Shown: one piece after another, positions 1-9,729 of the stretch | How positions within the stretch are numbered: position 1 is the first letter of the stretch | Layout of the letters: the number at the start of each line of letters is the position of its first letter | Origin: Tepidisphaera sp. | GTDB taxonomy: Bacteria > Planctomycetota > Phycisphaerae > Phycisphaerales > UBA1924 | Direction: 5' to 3' | Assembly (NCBI GenBank): GCA_050916045.1 | Contig: CP051526.1 | Span: forward strand, 1,280,001-1,344,000 | Length of the DNA: 64,000 nt | Translations under genes and position numbers: made by a program | The notes under the pieces: model-generated | The model's database searches: none | What the model was told of the DNA's origin: nothing | The model's input: only the letters and a program-made list of their open reading frames with translations

Positions 1-2495
1 CCGGTGCGTCGAGCGACGTCCATCATGAGTTCGGCGTCGGGCGTGGGGCGGCGGAACTCTTCACCGGCGCGTCGAACGACGGCGGCGCGGGCGGTGCCAC
101 CGCTCATGTCTCCGCCCGCGGCGGGCTGGTACCTAACGGAGACGATGTGCGTCCCGATCTCGGCGGTGGGGACCTCACCTTCGTAGGTTCCGGGGCCGGT
201 CTGGCTGAGGCGCACCTGCCTGGACGACGCGGCGGGGTCCCGGGTCCCTTCGGTCGGAGCGACGCGAGCGGTGACATGAGCGAAGTTCAGGCGTTCGCCA
301 GCCGGGTCGGTCAATTCGAGGCGGACGCGGGTGCGGTCGCCCCGAGATTCGACGGAGAGGCGTGCTTTGGAGTCATCCGCAGGGCGCATCACCCACTTGA
401 GCTGCTGGGACCAGAACGCACCGAAGCCTTCCCACGCGGTCCAGGCGGAGTTCCAGCGGGTTGCGGCGTCGCTCGTGTAGGCGGTGACGCGGCCCAGCCC
501 GTGCTGCCACTGGGCGAGGATCGGGTCGTTCTCGCGCCCGCGGAGGGCGACCGTCGAGAGGCCGCCGCGATCCGCGGTCACGATGTAGCCGGAGATCGGC
601 GGAAGGCTCTCGGCGACCCCCTTCATCGAGTCGGCGGCGACGGAGACTGAAGGCGCGAAGGGCGCTCCCTCCCAGATCAGCGTGCGGCTGACGACTTGTG
701 TCTCGGTGATGAAAATCCGCGGCAGGACGGCTTTCGCGTTGTCGACCTTGACGCTGTAAAACCGGCCGCCGCCGATCCGCGCGAGTGACTCAAGGAGCGG
801 GTCGTTGGACTGGTCGCCGACGGCGACGGTCGAGATGGTGATGTTCTTCTCGCGGAGAGCGCGGGCGCGTGCGAGCCCGTCGCCGGCGTCGCCGATGGTC
901 TGTCCGTCGGTCAGAATGACGATGTGGCGCGAGCCAGCGGAGGACTTGGCGAGCTGCGTGGCGGCGGCGTCGATGGCGGGGAACAGGTTGGTGCCGCCGC
1001 GAGGTCCGATCGCGCGGATCCGGTTCGAGATGCTCGCGCGATCGCTCGCGGAGGTCAGGGGCACGATCACTTCGGCGGTGTCGTCGAAGGCGACGATGGT
1101 GACCTGGTCGAGGCGCTTGAGCGCCTGGACCCCGAGGATGGCGGCTTCGTTCGCGAGCTGTTGCTGACTGCCGGAAGGTCCGGCCTGAGCCGCCATCGAT
1201 CCGGACCGGTCGAGGATGATCGCCAAGGCGCCCATCGGAAGCTCTCGCTTCTGCGGGGGTTCGAGCAGCAGCGGAAGCACCTCGGCAACGGGGCTGGGCG
1301 ACCACCCGCCGGCTCCGAAGCTGTCAGGTCCGCCGAGCATGAGCAGGCCCCCGCCGGCATCGGCGACGTATCGGGCGAGGGATTCCTGCTGGGCCTGGGA
1401 GAAGTTGAAGGCGGGCTGGTTGAAGAGCACCACCGCGTCGAACGCGGACCATTCCTCGAGCGTCGCGGGCCCTGAAGAAGCCGCGGAGGTCTCGACCTTC
1501 AGGTTGTCGGTTGAGATCGCGCTGACAAACGGGGCGGATGCGTCGGGATTCTCGGTGATGACGAGGATCCGCCCGCGGTCGCTGGTGAAGATGACGCTCT
1601 GCGATTGGAGGAACTGCGGGATGACGCCCGCGCTGTCGTCGGGCTCGAACACGGCTTGCAGGCGGTGAACGGAGCCAGGCGGCAGCGTGATGGGAACGGC
1701 GAGCACCTGCCTGCCGGCGTCGAGCTTGACGCGGCTGCCGGCCGCGTCCGATGCGGGGTCGAGATCGACGGGAACTCCGTTGAGCGAGAGGAGCAGCTTG
1801 CCTGACGTCGGAGCGCCGGCCGAAAGAACGATCTTGGCGCTCACCGTTTCCTCGACGCGGGCCCAGGAGGGCACGACGAGTTCCTCAAGCCGCACCATCG
1901 AGGAGCGGTCGTACTCGATGAGGGCGATGTCGACGGGGACGCCCGCGGTGAGCAGCGAAGCGGATGCTTCGGCGAGGCTTCCCGAGGTCTGGTTTCCGTC
2001 GGAGATCAGCACGAGACGGCCGGCGCTGTCGGAGGGAATGAGTGTTCTCGCGAGATCCACCCCCTGATGCAGGTTGGTGGCGTCGCCGGAGCCGGTCGCG
2101 CCGAGATCCGCCCGCGGCGCGGCGTTGGTCGGGAGGGTCTGCACAATCGCGTCCCGTCCGACCGAAACGAGCCCGAAGCGATCTTCGGGAGGACGCTTGC
2201 CCAGTGAGGAAGCGAGGAACCGCTCCGCGAGCACGCGTTGATCCGCCGGCACCGAAGCGCTGGCATCCAGCACCGCCACCACGGTGACGGTGTTCGCACG
2301 CCAGCGGACCAGAGGCTGGGCCAGCGCCGCCACCATGAGGCAGATCACACCCCAGCGGAGAGTGAGGTGGATCGCTCGCCGAGTCCCGCCGCCTCCCGCC
2401 AGCGTGCGCCTCGCTAGAAGCCATGCGGCCACGCACAGGATCGGGATCAACGCCAGCCATTCCGGTCGATCAAAGATGAGGCCCGCGGGCGACAT
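1..2495 (-). CDS. VWA domain-containing membrane protein with central GATase1-like domain (runs off left edge)
   Basis: Missing from the ORF track because no stop lies inside the window. Spot translation from ATG 2495 gives MSPAGLIFDRPEWLALIPILCVAAW, MIDAS-like VLDASAS and LVLISDG, GGGLLMLGGPDSFGAGGW, and a second MIDAS IILDRSGSM...HIVILTDG. The same frame is open at base 1. Confidence 0.85.
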   Translation of the reverse strand, partial: MSPAGLIFDRPEWLALIPILCVAAWLLARRTLAGGGGTRRAIHLTLRWGVICLMVAALAQPLVRWRANTVTVVAVLDASASVPADQRVLAERFLASSLGKRPPEDRFGLVSVGRDAIVQTLPTNAAPRADLGATGSGDATNLHQGVDLARTLIPSDSAGRLVLISDGNQTSGSLAEASASLLTAGVPVDIALIEYDRSSMVRLEELVVPSWARVEETVSAKIVLSAGAPTSGKLLLSLNGVPVDLDPASDAAGSRVKLDAGRQVLAVPITLPPGSVHRLQAVFEPDDSAGVIPQFLQSQSVIFTSDRGRILVITENPDASAPFVSAISTDNLKVETSAASSGPATLEEWSAFDAVVLFNQPAFNFSQAQQESLARYVADAGGGLLMLGGPDSFGAGGWSPSPVAEVLPLLLEPPQKRELPMGALAIILDRSGSMAAQAGPSGSQQQLANEAAILGVQALKRLDQVTIVAFDDTAEVIVPLTSASDRASISNRIRAIGPRGGTNLFPAIDAAATQLAKSSAGSRHIVILTDGQTIGDAGDGLARARALREKNITISTVAVGDQSNDPLLESLARIGGGRFYSVKVDNAKAVLPRIFITETQVVSRTLIWEGAPFAPSVSVAADSMKGVAESLPPISGYIVTADRGGLSTVALRGRENDPILAQWQHGLGRVTAYTSDAATRWNSAWTAWEGFGAFWSQQLKWVMRPADDSKARLSVESRGDRTRVRLELTDPAGERLNFAHVTARVAPTEGTRDPAASSRQVRLSQTGPGTYEGEVPTAEIGTHIVSVRYQPAAGGDMSGGTARAAVVRRAGEEFRRPTPDAELMMDVARRT

Positions 2496-2600
2496 CCCGC
2501 CGGGAGCCGCCCATGGGTCGGCGGCGGAAGCTCCCAATCTCGACGGCCACTCATTCAACTTAGGGCTCCGGCAACGGCTTGGGCGCGGACGGCGGGCCGA

Positions 2601-3593
2601 TCAGTCGCGGTACTTGGTGTGGCATTCCTTGCAGGAAGCCGCGATGAGCTTGGACTGAGCGGCCAGCTTGATGGGGTCGGGGGTCGCCGCGCCGAGGAGA
2701 TCTTCGAGGGCTTGGGCTTCGTCCCGGCTCCGTTCCATGAAGGCTTTGAACTCGGCGGGCTTTCTCCGCGTGTACGCGTCATCGACAAGCAGGCGGTAGT
2801 GGTCCGCGAGTCGTCCGGCCTCGGCCGCGGGGACGAGGTCGGGGTGGTCAGAAGGCGCCTTCCACGCGGCTTTCTCGATGGATTTGAGGTGTTCGAAGAC
2901 CTCATCGATCTCGACCATGGCTTTGACGAGACCCTTGGGCGGGTCGACGGCGGGGAAGTCGCCCGGCACGGCGTCAATGGTCGAAGCGGAAAGGACCGTG
3001 GCGGTTGTGGCGCAGCTGTAGAGGCCCTTGTAGTTGGGAGCGGTCCCGGAGACCTTCATGCGGGCGACGCCTTGGTCGGGCGTGGACCAGCCGAGGCTCG
3101 CGGCGACGGTGGCGGCGGCGCCGGCGCTGCGGTGCTTGCCGTGGTGGCAATGGATGTAAACCGGGCCTTGGGCGAGGGCATCGCGGGAGGCGCGGACGAG
3201 TTCGAGCTTGCGCTGTTCGTTGAATCCGTTGTAACCGATGGGAAGGTGGATGTACCGCATGCCGAGGGCTTTCGCGGCTTCAACATCGGGAGCGGCGCCG
3301 TCGACGCTGATGATGGTGCGGATGCCCATGGCGGCGAGGGTTTCGAACCCGGCTTGCCCCTCCGGCACACTGCCGGACACATAGCCCTCATGGAAAGCGA
3401 CGGCGTTGTGGATTCCCGGATAGTCCTTCGCGGTCGCGTCCGACAGCGCGGGAAGCGGGATCGGGGCGCGTCCCTGCCGGCCTGTCTGGGCGGCGGGCTG
3501 GTCTTGTGAACTGCACGAGACCACGCTTCCCACGAAACCCGCAAGAACTACGGCCAGGAACGTTGAAGAGAGACGGGACAAGCTCTGGGACAT
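2601..3593 (-). CDS. Lipoprotein: CX5R phosphatase/sulfurtransferase-like domain fused to C-terminal cytochrome c'-like domain
   Basis: Signal peptide with lipobox VVSC, P-loop VYIHCHHGKHRS, and C-terminal heme motif CKECH followed by only five residues. Confidence 0.8.
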   Translation of the reverse strand: MSQSLSRLSSTFLAVVLAGFVGSVVSCSSQDQPAAQTGRQGRAPIPLPALSDATAKDYPGIHNAVAFHEGYVSGSVPEGQAGFETLAAMGIRTIISVDGAAPDVEAAKALGMRYIHLPIGYNGFNEQRKLELVRASRDALAQGPVYIHCHHGKHRSAGAAATVAASLGWSTPDQGVARMKVSGTAPNYKGLYSCATTATVLSASTIDAVPGDFPAVDPPKGLVKAMVEIDEVFEHLKSIEKAAWKAPSDHPDLVPAAEAGRLADHYRLLVDDAYTRRKPAEFKAFMERSRDEAQALEDLLGAATPDPIKLAAQSKLIAASCKECHTKYRD

Positions 3594-3684
3594 GCAACCT
3601 CCGTGACCATTGATACCGTACGTTCTTCGGCCCGGTTGCGGAGGCTCGCGAAGATGCGGAGCATCGCGGGGTGCGTTGGGTGCT

Positions 3685-4380
3685 TCAGTGTGAGGGTGGG
3701 GGAGTGCCAGGTTTGCGGCAGCGGACCACGAACCCCGGTGGCCAATTGCGATAGACGAGGCCGCTGGATTGGATCGAGGTGAAGAAACGCGGCAGGAGCT
3801 TGTAGAACCGGCGACCCGCGGGCAGCATCAGACCCAGGGGATACCCGCAGGTGATGAGCTGTCCGCCGGGGCGGAGAACCCGGGCCGTCGCCTCGAGTAG
3901 CTTGATCTGGAGCGACTCGGGAAAGCTTGCCCAGGGCAGTCCGCAGACGATCGCGTCGAGTTGCTCGACGGATTCGAGCTGGCAGAGGCGATCGACCTCC
4001 TCGGCGCTGGCGATGTGGATCCGAAGGTTGGGGAAGCGAAGGCGGAGCTGTTCGGCGAGCGCGGGGTTCCGTTCGATGGTGAAGAAGGTGCTCGACGGGT
4101 GCATCCGCTCCATGATCAGCTTCGTGAAGGCACCGGTGCCGGCACCGTACTCGGCGATCCGCGCGCCGGGGTGAAAGTCGAGCGTCTTCACCATCTCTTC
4201 CGCGAAGCGGGCGGAACTTGGCGTGAAGGACCCGAGCATGCCCGGGTTGGCGAGGAATTGCAGGAAGAAAGTGGTGAGCGGTCTGGCTGGTCGTGGATTG
4301 GCCTGTCGTGGACTGGCGTGTCGGGGTTGGGCCGCGCGGGATGGGGGTGGGACGGGAGCGGTGGAGGACGAGGTCGTCAT
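3685..4380 (-). CDS. Class I SAM-dependent methyltransferase, phospholipid N-methyltransferase (PmtA)-like
   Basis: FFLQFLANP..GSFTPSS, EYGAGTG SAM motif, IERNP, IVCGLPW. Confidence 0.8.
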   Translation of the reverse strand: MTTSSSTAPVPPPSRAAQPRHASPRQANPRPARPLTTFFLQFLANPGMLGSFTPSSARFAEEMVKTLDFHPGARIAEYGAGTGAFTKLIMERMHPSSTFFTIERNPALAEQLRLRFPNLRIHIASAEEVDRLCQLESVEQLDAIVCGLPWASFPESLQIKLLEATARVLRPGGQLITCGYPLGLMLPAGRRFYKLLPRFFTSIQSSGLVYRNWPPGFVVRCRKPGTPPPSH

Positions 4381-4739
4381 GGCGTGGTTCCAAGGACTGT
4401 CGTACGTGACGCTCGTCCGCGGCTTGGAGGGGATCTTCGACCTGGACTTCTGGCGAGAATGAGGAAGGCGTGAAGCTGTTTGGACCCCTTTCGGGTTTGC
4501 GCAAGGCTGACCACCCGTGAACAGGTCTCAGTACGGCTGGCTTCTCCGGGAGTTCGCCGATCCCACAGGAGATTCCCACCGCCCGTTCGCAAGCCGAGCA
4601 TCCCACGATCGATGCGGAGGACGAGCCGGACGCGGAAGTGGTCCGGCGGGGCAACGGGGCGGGTCTGCAGAGCGAGCCCGACTTGAGGTAGACTGGACCC
4701 GCTGCCTTTCCGTTCACCTACCTCCCGAGGTTCCAACCC

Positions 4740-6119
4740 ATGCCGAATCACACCTCCCGCCGCCAGTTCATCCAGTACGCCGCCGCGACCGGCGTGGGAG
4801 CCATGCTCCTGCCCCGCCGCGCCTGGGCTCTCAGCGACACCCGCCTCCGCGTGCTTTCGATCGGAGTCGTCGGCACCATCGGGGAAGCCGACCGCAAGAC
4901 CATCGCGAATCACCCCCTCGTCGATATGGTCGGCCTCTGCGACGTCGACGCCGAAGCCCTCGCCAAAGCCGCCGGCGACCACCCCAAAGCTTTCACCTGC
5001 GCCGATTACCGCGAAGCTTTCGACAAGCATGGCGACAAGTTCGACGCCGTCATCGTCTCCACGCCCGACCACTCGCACTGCTCGATCATGACGATGGCTC
5101 TCGCCAAGGGCAAGCACGTCTACGGTCAGAAGCCCGTCGTCCAGCAGCTTGAGGAACTCTCGCTCTTGGAGCGTGCGGTGAAAGCCAAGCCCAGCCTCGT
5201 GACGCAGACCGGCGCCCAGCGCATCGAGAGCACCGCCCGTCGCGTTGCTGTCGACATTCTCAAGTCAGGCGGCCTTGGCAAAGTCATCGAGGTCCACATC
5301 GCGTTCGGAAACGGCGCCCTCGCGGGCGGGTTTTACTTCGCCGATGGCAAGCTCGGTGAGCCGGTCGCTCCGCCCAAGGGTTTCAATTACGACCTCTGGC
5401 TCAACGGCGTGGGCACCGAGCAGCAGTACCCCTGCCGCCCGAACATGGCCAAGCGCCAGTGGCGCAGCTGGTGGAGCTTCGGCGGTGGGCAGATCACCGA
5501 CTGGGTCGTCCACCTCTCTGACGTCATGTTCTACGCGTTCCCTGAGCTTCAGAGCCCGGTGAGCGTCTGCTCGCGGACGCCTTCGCGCGACCTGTCGCAC
5601 TTCCACGCCGACCGCGTCTCCTCGACGATCACCTACGCCGTGAACTCGCCGAAATTCGCGAACACGACGTGCAACTTCCACTTCTACGACACGGGCCTCA
5701 AGCCCGACCGCGGCCAGCTCGGCCTCACCGGCGACGAATGGCCCGACGGGATCTTCACGGTCGTCGTGTGCGAGGGCGGCACGCTCGTGCTCGCACCCTC
5801 GGGGCCGATCGAGGTCTGGCGCGACGGGAAGAAGACCGACGGCCACGAGTGGCCGGGGCTTCCCAAGTACGAGTCGTTCAACCACTGGCACGCCTGGGTG
5901 GACAAAGCGCTCGGCAAGGACACGCCGCACCTCTGGATGCCCCTCGCGACCGGCATCCGCTGCACCGAGCCCGGCTTGCTCGCGGTGAAAGCGGCGAAGT
6001 ACCCCGGGCAGGTGCTCGCGTGGGATCGTGCTTCGCTGACCTTCACGAACCACGCGGAAGCGACCAAGACGCTCGTCCGGCGCGAGTACCGCAAGGGCTT
6101 CGAGCCCGTTCGCCTGTGA
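4740..6119 (+). CDS. Tat-exported Gfo/Idh/MocA family oxidoreductase
   Basis: SRRQFI twin-arginine signal, DAVIVSTPDHSH, GKHVYGQKP, YDLWL, GGGQITDW. Confidence 0.9.
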   Translation: MPNHTSRRQFIQYAAATGVGAMLLPRRAWALSDTRLRVLSIGVVGTIGEADRKTIANHPLVDMVGLCDVDAEALAKAAGDHPKAFTCADYREAFDKHGDKFDAVIVSTPDHSHCSIMTMALAKGKHVYGQKPVVQQLEELSLLERAVKAKPSLVTQTGAQRIESTARRVAVDILKSGGLGKVIEVHIAFGNGALAGGFYFADGKLGEPVAPPKGFNYDLWLNGVGTEQQYPCRPNMAKRQWRSWWSFGGGQITDWVVHLSDVMFYAFPELQSPVSVCSRTPSRDLSHFHADRVSSTITYAVNSPKFANTTCNFHFYDTGLKPDRGQLGLTGDEWPDGIFTVVVCEGGTLVLAPSGPIEVWRDGKKTDGHEWPGLPKYESFNHWHAWVDKALGKDTPHLWMPLATGIRCTEPGLLAVKAAKYPGQVLAWDRASLTFTNHAEATKTLVRREYRKGFEPVRL

Positions 6120-6269
6120 TCAGATGGAGAGCTCGCCGGGCGCAGCCGCACCGGACGCCGCGAGCGTCGACTGCGGAGTGATCTTCACACCCCCGTCCGC
6201 AACGTTTCGCGAGCGTTTTCCACGCGCGGAGCCGCGCTGCGCCCGCCCCAACACGCCTAATCTGCGCCC

Positions 6270-7526
6270 ATGCTCCAGACCTCCCGCCGTGTCGCCGCTC
6301 TCAAGCCCTCCGTCACCATCGCGTTCATGAACCGCGCGAAAGCCATGAAGGCCGCCGGCCAGGATGTCCTCAATTTCTCCGCCGGTGAACCCGACTTCGA
6401 CACCCCCAAGCTCATCAAGGACGCCGCCATCGCGTCCCTCAACGCCGGCACCACCAAGTACATGGCCACCCTCGGCACGCCCGAAGCCCGCGCCGCCATC
6501 GCCAAGAAGCTCACCGAGGAAAACGGCATCCCCAACTGCACCGCCGATCACATCGCCATCGGCTCGGGCGGCAAGCACTCGCTCTTCGTCGCGTGCCACG
6601 TCCTCCTCGATGACGCCCACGCGACCGGCGAGCCCCAGCAGGAGGTCCTCCTCCCCGTCCCGACCTGGGTCAGCTACGCCCCCATCGCCGAACTCGCCGG
6701 CGGCAAGGTCATCGAGCTCCACACCTCTCCCGACCACGACTTCAAGATCACCCCGGACCAGCTTCGCAAAGCCATCACGCCCCGCTCTCGCCTCCTCATC
6801 CTCAACAGCCCCAGCAACCCCTGCGGCACGATGTATACCCCCGATGAGCTCAAAGCCCTCGGCAAGGTCGTCGCCGAAGCCGCCCGCACGGTCGCTCCCA
6901 ACCTCGTCGTCCTGTCGGATGAGATCTACGAGAAGATCGTCTACGGCGGCATCCCGCACTATTCGATCGGCTCGGACCCCGAGATCGCCGAACGCGTCGT
7001 GACGCTCAACGGCCTCTCCAAAGCCTACTCGATGACCGGCTGGCGCATCGGCTACATCGCGGGCTCGGGCGACTTCGGCAAGCGCTTCACCGCCGCGATG
7101 GGCGTGCTCCAGGGTCAGATGTCGACGAACATCACGAGCTTCATCTACGCTTCCATCAAGGTCGCGCTCGAACAGTGCGGCGGCGAGGTCGCGATGATGC
7201 GTGACGCTTTCGCCTCCCGCGCCAAGCTCATCAACGACCTGCTCGGCAAGGTCCCCGGCGTCCGCAACATCCAAGCCACCGGCGCCTTCTACGCCTTCCC
7301 CGACGTCTCGGCCCACTTCGGCAAGACCACCAAGGGCGGCAAGAAGCTCAACTCCGCCCTGGACTTCTGCGAAGCCCTGCTCGCCGAAGAGCTCGTCGCG
7401 TTCGTCCCCGGCGAAGACTTCGGCGGCTGCGGCAAGAACCACGTCCGCATCAGCTTCGCTTGCAGCGAGGACCAGATCCGCAAGGGCGTCGACCGCCTCG
7501 CGAAGTTCGTCGCCGGTTTGCATTGA
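6270..7526 (+). CDS. aspC: PLP-dependent aminotransferase class I/II (aspartate aminotransferase)
   Basis: AGEPDFDTP, NSPSNPCG, SDEIYE, GLSKAYSMTGWRIG. Confidence 0.9.
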   Translation: MLQTSRRVAALKPSVTIAFMNRAKAMKAAGQDVLNFSAGEPDFDTPKLIKDAAIASLNAGTTKYMATLGTPEARAAIAKKLTEENGIPNCTADHIAIGSGGKHSLFVACHVLLDDAHATGEPQQEVLLPVPTWVSYAPIAELAGGKVIELHTSPDHDFKITPDQLRKAITPRSRLLILNSPSNPCGTMYTPDELKALGKVVAEAARTVAPNLVVLSDEIYEKIVYGGIPHYSIGSDPEIAERVVTLNGLSKAYSMTGWRIGYIAGSGDFGKRFTAAMGVLQGQMSTNITSFIYASIKVALEQCGGEVAMMRDAFASRAKLINDLLGKVPGVRNIQATGAFYAFPDVSAHFGKTTKGGKKLNSALDFCEALLAEELVAFVPGEDFGGCGKNHVRISFACSEDQIRKGVDRLAKFVAGLH

Positions 7527-7538
7527 CGCTGGATTCGG

Positions 7539-8747
7539 TCAGGACTGAAGCGGGACGGCCGCTTTCACATCCAAGCCAAACGCCTCAAGCCCCGGCATCG
7601 GCTTGGGGTTGTTCGTGAGCAACCGAATCGACGTCAGCCCCAGGTCCCGCAGGATCTGCCCGCCGATCCCGTACTCCCGAAGCGGCATCGGCACCGCGTT
7701 CGCCGCGATGCTCGCCGCGTGCGTGAGCTGAGGGCTGTCGTCCCCCGGCTTGTGCTCGACGCGAAGCGTCTGAAGCTCCGTCTCCAAGCTCCCCGCTTCG
7801 CCCCCTTGCGTCCGCAGGTACACGATCGCGCCGCACCCCTCGGCCTGAATAGCTTTCATCGCCGCGCGAAGCGTGTCGCCCGTCGGCCCCGTCGGCGAGG
7901 ATGCAAGGTCTCCGAAGACATCCCCGAGCAGGTTCCGCCGATGCATCCGCACCAGGGGCGAAGCGGAGGGCGTCCCGCTCTGCACCTTCCCCGGCTGATC
8001 GAGTTTCAGCCCCTTGCTCAGGACCAGGTGCGGCAGCGCGTCGACGATGCTCTCGTAAAGCGTGACGTCAAACTCGCCCAGCGGCGTCCGGAGCACCCGC
8101 GGCGGGCTGTTCGGCGCGACGCGACGCACCAGACTCTCGCGTGCAAGCCGGTACTCGATGATCTGCGCCACCGAGCACATCTTCATCTTGTGCTGAGCAC
8201 AGAACTTCTCCAGGTCCGGGACGCGGGCCATCGTCCCATCGTCCTTCATCACCTCCATGATGACCGCCGCCGGCGTGAGCCCCGCCAGCCTGCACAGATC
8301 CACCGACCCCTCCGTCTGCCCCGTCCGCACCAGCGTCCCGCCTGTCCGCGACCGAAGCGGGTTGATATGCCCCGGCTTCACAAAGTCCTCCGGCCCATAC
8401 GTGGGGTCAATCGCCATCCGGATGCACTTGGCCCGCTCGACCGCCGAGACGCCCGTCGTCCCGCCAAACTTGGGGTGCAGGTCGATCGACACCGTGAACG
8501 CGGTGCCGCGGACGCTCGTGTTCTGAGCGGCTTGCGGGTGGAGTTGAAGCCGGTCGCACTCCTCCTCGGGGAGGGAGAGGCACAGGTACCCCAGCGCTTG
8601 CTTGAGGAGGAACGTGACGGCTTCGGGCGTGACGAACTGAGCGGGGAGGATGACGTCCCCTTCGTTCTCGCGGCTTTCATCATCCGTGAGGATGACCATC
8701 CGGCCCTGCCGCAGTTCTTCGAGAATCTCGTCAATCGGTGAGAACAT
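7539..8747 (-). CDS. ribB: 3,4-dihydroxy-2-butanone-4-phosphate synthase with degenerate GTP cyclohydrolase II domain (RibBX-type)
   Basis: DDESRENEGD, FTVSID, TTGVSA, PGHINPL, TEGSVDL. The C-terminal domain keeps YGIGGQILRDLG..IRLLTNNP but lacks the Zn-binding cysteines. Confidence 0.9.
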   Translation of the reverse strand: MFSPIDEILEELRQGRMVILTDDESRENEGDVILPAQFVTPEAVTFLLKQALGYLCLSLPEEECDRLQLHPQAAQNTSVRGTAFTVSIDLHPKFGGTTGVSAVERAKCIRMAIDPTYGPEDFVKPGHINPLRSRTGGTLVRTGQTEGSVDLCRLAGLTPAAVIMEVMKDDGTMARVPDLEKFCAQHKMKMCSVAQIIEYRLARESLVRRVAPNSPPRVLRTPLGEFDVTLYESIVDALPHLVLSKGLKLDQPGKVQSGTPSASPLVRMHRRNLLGDVFGDLASSPTGPTGDTLRAAMKAIQAEGCGAIVYLRTQGGEAGSLETELQTLRVEHKPGDDSPQLTHAASIAANAVPMPLREYGIGGQILRDLGLTSIRLLTNNPKPMPGLEAFGLDVKAAVPLQS

Positions 8748-8770
8748 GAGGCACCAGCCTAGCACGCCAG

Positions 8771-9694
8771 CTAGCGAGCCGGAGCGGGAACGGGCGGAGT
8801 GGGCTTGGGCCCGGCCGGAGCAGCCGATCCCGCGGCTTTGGCGGCCTGGGCGGCTTTGAACTTGTTCTCGTAGTGCTTGCTCACAGCGACGAACGCGAGA
8901 GCGGCGGGCATGAAGATCTTCTCGCCCGCTTTCCGCGAAACGTCGCTGAACCCGGCGACCTCCCCTCGCCGCACCTCATCGCGAAGCTCGATGATCGCGT
9001 TGTCGAAGATCTTGACCAGGCTCGCCCACATGTTCCATTCCGACTTCGTCCGCGGCCGATACCGCGAGATCACCGGCAGGTTCAGGGGCGGCACGATGTA
9101 CCACTTCTCGCCCACAAGCCGCATCGAAAGCCCCACCGGCGGCAGGATCGCTTTCCCATCCAAAAGCAGCGCTGCCTGATCGTCGTTGACCATCTCGGTC
9201 GTCAGGCGGCCGGACTGATCCTCGATCCACCCGTACGGGTCCGCGAAGACCTGCGTGATCAGGTCCTGCGCGATCGCTTCCCGCTGCTCCCGGCTGACCT
9301 GCCGCCCCGCGGTCACAAGCTGGTTGACCATGGCTCCGGCGCCCGTCGCGTTTCCGCGCTTGGCCGCTTCCTTGGCTTTGGCTTCGGCTTCCTTGGCGAG
9401 CTTGGCCATGTCTTCCGGGAACCGCGTCTGGATCTCCTGAGCAAGCTCCTGCATGTGGGCCATCAGCTTGCCCACGCGGACGAGAAACGCCCGCTCCAGG
9501 TCGTCTTCGGCGTAGATCAGCTCATGGAACCGGGCCGTCTCCCCGGCTTTGAGCATGGCCCTTGCCGAAGCCACGACATCATCGGGCGTCGCTTGGCTGT
9601 ACGCGGTCGGCCGCTTCTCGCACGAAGCGAACATCGAGACCGCCGCCAAGGCCAGCCCGGCCAAACCCGCGAGAAAGACGCGTGCCCGTGTCAT
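8771..9694 (-). CDS. Hypothetical lipoprotein
   Basis: MTRARVFLAGLAGLALAAVSMFASC signal/lipobox and a helical body; co-oriented in the galE-ribB run. Start inferred. Confidence 0.7.
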   Translation of the reverse strand: MTRARVFLAGLAGLALAAVSMFASCEKRPTAYSQATPDDVVASARAMLKAGETARFHELIYAEDDLERAFLVRVGKLMAHMQELAQEIQTRFPEDMAKLAKEAEAKAKEAAKRGNATGAGAMVNQLVTAGRQVSREQREAIAQDLITQVFADPYGWIEDQSGRLTTEMVNDDQAALLLDGKAILPPVGLSMRLVGEKWYIVPPLNLPVISRYRPRTKSEWNMWASLVKIFDNAIIELRDEVRRGEVAGFSDVSRKAGEKIFMPAALAFVAVSKHYENKFKAAQAAKAAGSAAPAGPKPTPPVPAPAR

Positions 9695-9729
9695 GCCCAA
9701 GTGTAAGGGCTCGCCGCGGATCGGTTGCG

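Noticed and set aside
790..2460. Short ORFs listed in the track over the first 2.5 kb
   Set aside because: They are explained by a single stop-less - strand VWA gene that the track omits
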